A program made the translations under genes and the position numbers. This document shows, one piece after another, positions 61,862 through 64,000 of a stretch of 64,000 bases of DNA. The notes under the pieces were generated by a model, which did no database searches, was not told the origin of the DNA, and worked only from the letters and a program-made list of their open reading frames with translations. The DNA is from Candidatus Krumholzibacteriia bacterium (GTDB taxonomy: Bacteria > Krumholzibacteriota > Krumholzibacteriia > LZORAL124-64-63). The DNA is taken from positions 947-64,946 of the forward strand of contig JAZBOO010000099.1 of assembly GCA_036351155.1 (NCBI GenBank), written 5' to 3'. Within the stretch, counting starts at the first letter, position 1; every line of letters starts with the position of its first letter.

Positions 61862-64000
61862 TCAGGCGTCCTTCCCGGTGGCGGAGGCCAGGGCGGTGCC
61901 CGCGCCGATCCGTGCTTGGGAGGTCTCCTGAGCGGGTGACAGCTCACGACTGGCCGCACCGGACAGCAGGGTGTAGATCACCGGGACAACCACCAGGGTC
62001 AACACGGTGGCCAGCAACAGACCGCTGATCACCGTCACGGCCAGAGGAGCACGCAGCTCGGCGCCCTCACCCAGCCCCAGGGCCATGGGCAACAGCCCGA
62101 GGACCGTCGTCGAGGTGGTCATCAGAATGGGGCGCAGTCGTTCCTGGCCGGCCTGCAAGACGGCCAGGCCCAGCTCCTGTCCCCCACGCTTCAGCTGATT
62201 GATGCGATCGACCAGCACGATGCCGTTGTTCACCACAATTCCCGCCAGCATGATGGCCCCGATGACCGCGATCACACTGACGCTGAGTCCAGCCAGATAA
62301 AGGCCGTAAATCGCCCCGGTCAGGGCCAGAGGCACGGTGAACATGATGATCAGAGGATAGAGAAAGCTCTCGAACTGTGCAGCCATGACCAGATAGACCA
62401 GGAAGACCGCCAGCAGAATGGCCATCTGCAGGGAGCGGAAGCTCTTGTCCATCTCCTCGTTCTGACCACCCAGCTCGACGCTGATGCCGGCCGGCAAAAT
62501 CAATCCCTGCAACTGGGCACGGATATCGCGGCTGACCGAACCCAGATCCCGCCCCTGAAGGTTGGCCGAGATGATGGCCACCCGCTTGCTCCCCAGACGA
62601 TGGATTTCCGCCGGGCCGGTCACCACGTCCATGTGGGCGATGCTGGCCAGGGTGATCGGCACCCCTTCCCTTTCGGTCACGATGAGATCCTGCACCGCGG
62701 TCAGAGTGTTGCGCTGTTCGTCGGCGTTCATCACGCGGATGTCCACGTGGCGTTCACGGTCCCGGAAGCGGCTGGCCACCGTCCCGCGCACCTTGCCGCG
62801 GACCGTTTCGGACACCGTCCCCAGGCTCAGGCCGAATCGGTTCAGCTTGTCCCGGTCGAAGGACACCTGGACCTCGGGAGAGCCGGGAACCATGCCCAGC
62901 CGCAAGTCGCGCAGCCCGTCGATGCCCTGCATGCGGACCAGGACCTCGTCGGCCGTCCGTTGCAGATCTTCCAGGTTGTATCCGAAAACATCCACCTCGA
63001 TGGGCGCCCCGAAGGCCAGAAGCGATTGCCGTCTGAGCTTCATGCTCAGCTCCGGGAATTTCTTCAGAACTCCCCGAATATCTTCCAGGGCCCGGGTCTC
63101 GGCCTGGGCGCTGGCTTCCTCCAGGCGCACGTGCACCTCGGCCCGGTTTTCCTTGCGTCGCTGAGCACTGGCGTCTCCCTCGCGGGAGACCCCCACCTCG
63201 CCGGCCACCATGGCAATGCCCGGCAGCTTGGCGATGCCTTCCTCGACATCGGAAACCATGGCATCGGTAAGGCTCAACGGGGTGCCTTCGGGCAATTCCA
63301 GGGCCAGGGTGAATTCACCGCGCGCCAGAGGTGGAACCAGTTCCGTGCCCAGCCGTGGCCAGATCAGAACGGCCCCGCCGGCCAGCAGAACGGCAAAGGT
63401 GAGCACCACCAGCCGATGACGCAGCGCCATCCGCAAGGTGTGGTCATAGGCGTCCTGGACCAGAGGAAAAGTCATCTCGAAAAGGCGGGTCAACGGCCAC
63501 ATCAGAGCGGTGGCGAGCAGGCGCAACATCCGCAGAATGAATCCCAGCAAGCCCCAGATCAGCAGGGGAATACCCAGCACCAGGAACAGACCGCATCGCC
63601 GCAAAAACCGCGACACCGCGTTGCCGCCCGAGGCATGGCGCGCCCAGGACCGGTACCAGCCCAGCTTCCTGACTTCTCCGTCCTCCTCCGCTCCAAGGAT
63701 GAAGCGCCCCGGAAGGCGCCCGAAGGCCATCGCCATGGGCGTGAAGGTCAGGGCCACGATCAGCGACACAGCCAGGCTGAAGGTCACCGTCAGGGCCTGG
63801 TCGCGGAAAATCTGACCGGCCACTCCGACGACGACAAAGACGATGGGGACAAACACGGCCAGAGTGGTCAGCGTGGAAGCCGTCACGGCCCCGGCCACCT
63901 CGCCGGCTCCCAGCGCCGCGGCTTCCCCGGGATCCTGGTCCGGCTTTTCCTCGCGGCGTCGATGGATTGCTTCGAGCACCACGATGGAGTTGTCCACCAG
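61862..64000 (-). CDS. Second RND-family efflux permease (3' ~710 codons; 5' end beyond the window)
   Basis: Conserved RND blocks VDNSIVVLEAI, TTLAVFVPI, C-terminal VDRINQLKRGGQELGLAVLQAGQERLRPILMTTSTTVLGLLPMALG. Forms a tandem permease pair (MdtB/MdtC-like arrangement) with the downstream gene. Confidence 0.8.
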   Translation of the reverse strand: MVDNSIVVLEAIHRRREEKPDQDPGEAAALGAGEVAGAVTASTLTTLAVFVPIVFVVVGVAGQIFRDQALTVTFSLAVSLIVALTFTPMAMAFGRLPGRFILGAEEDGEVRKLGWYRSWARHASGGNAVSRFLRRCGLFLVLGIPLLIWGLLGFILRMLRLLATALMWPLTRLFEMTFPLVQDAYDHTLRMALRHRLVVLTFAVLLAGGAVLIWPRLGTELVPPLARGEFTLALELPEGTPLSLTDAMVSDVEEGIAKLPGIAMVAGEVGVSREGDASAQRRKENRAEVHVRLEEASAQAETRALEDIRGVLKKFPELSMKLRRQSLLAFGAPIEVDVFGYNLEDLQRTADEVLVRMQGIDGLRDLRLGMVPGSPEVQVSFDRDKLNRFGLSLGTVSETVRGKVRGTVASRFRDRERHVDIRVMNADEQRNTLTAVQDLIVTEREGVPITLASIAHMDVVTGPAEIHRLGSKRVAIISANLQGRDLGSVSRDIRAQLQGLILPAGISVELGGQNEEMDKSFRSLQMAILLAVFLVYLVMAAQFESFLYPLIIMFTVPLALTGAIYGLYLAGLSVSVIAVIGAIMLAGIVVNNGIVLVDRINQLKRGGQELGLAVLQAGQERLRPILMTTSTTVLGLLPMALGLGEGAELRAPLAVTVISGLLLATVLTLVVVPVIYTLLSGAASRELSPAQETSQARIGAGTALASATGKDA

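Overview
This is a high-GC (~65%) bacterial chromosomal window read by hand, with no database searches. It is densely coding and mostly housekeeping, and nearly all genes between 1 and 30,940 lie on the reverse strand. Housekeeping content: a HAL/PAL-family ammonia-lyase fragment at the left edge (missed by the ORF track), DinG-family helicase, NAD-dependent DNA ligase LigA, AccA, DnaE, a complete 13-gene nuoA-N complex I operon (fused nuoCD) with a mapped promoter and intrinsic terminator, two tandem RND efflux permeases, and small operons such as IMPase-CutA-NhaC-DUF62. The most interesting part is a cell-envelope and secretion cluster at about 5.4-22.9 kb. It holds a gingipain-like C25 peptidase with a C-terminal sorting-type beta-sandwich domain, followed by a FadL-like PorV/PorQ-family barrel; together these look like the porU-porV module of a type IX secretion system. 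Next to them sit a giant M6 metalloprotease with the same C-terminal domain (probable cargo), two paralogous secreted proteins with a PGAG[QE] helix-hairpin motif, an NHL beta-propeller lipoprotein, and a 1165-aa periplasm-spanning protein whose gene overlaps a 3-POTRA Omp85 gene by 35 nt (a TamB/TamA-like pair in inverted order). Other features are a stand-alone PIN-PhoH2, an NYN-domain gene with a predicted promoter and structured leader, a signal-peptide isochorismatase co-operonic with an MmgE/PrpD protein, a DUF62 SAM hydroxide adenosyltransferase, and several sigma70-like promoters and rho-independent terminators in AT-rich intergenic islands. No CRISPR array, rRNA, tRNA or obvious transposable element was seen. 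My hand-counted coordinates for motifs and some revised starts may be off by +/-1 relative to the ORF track.
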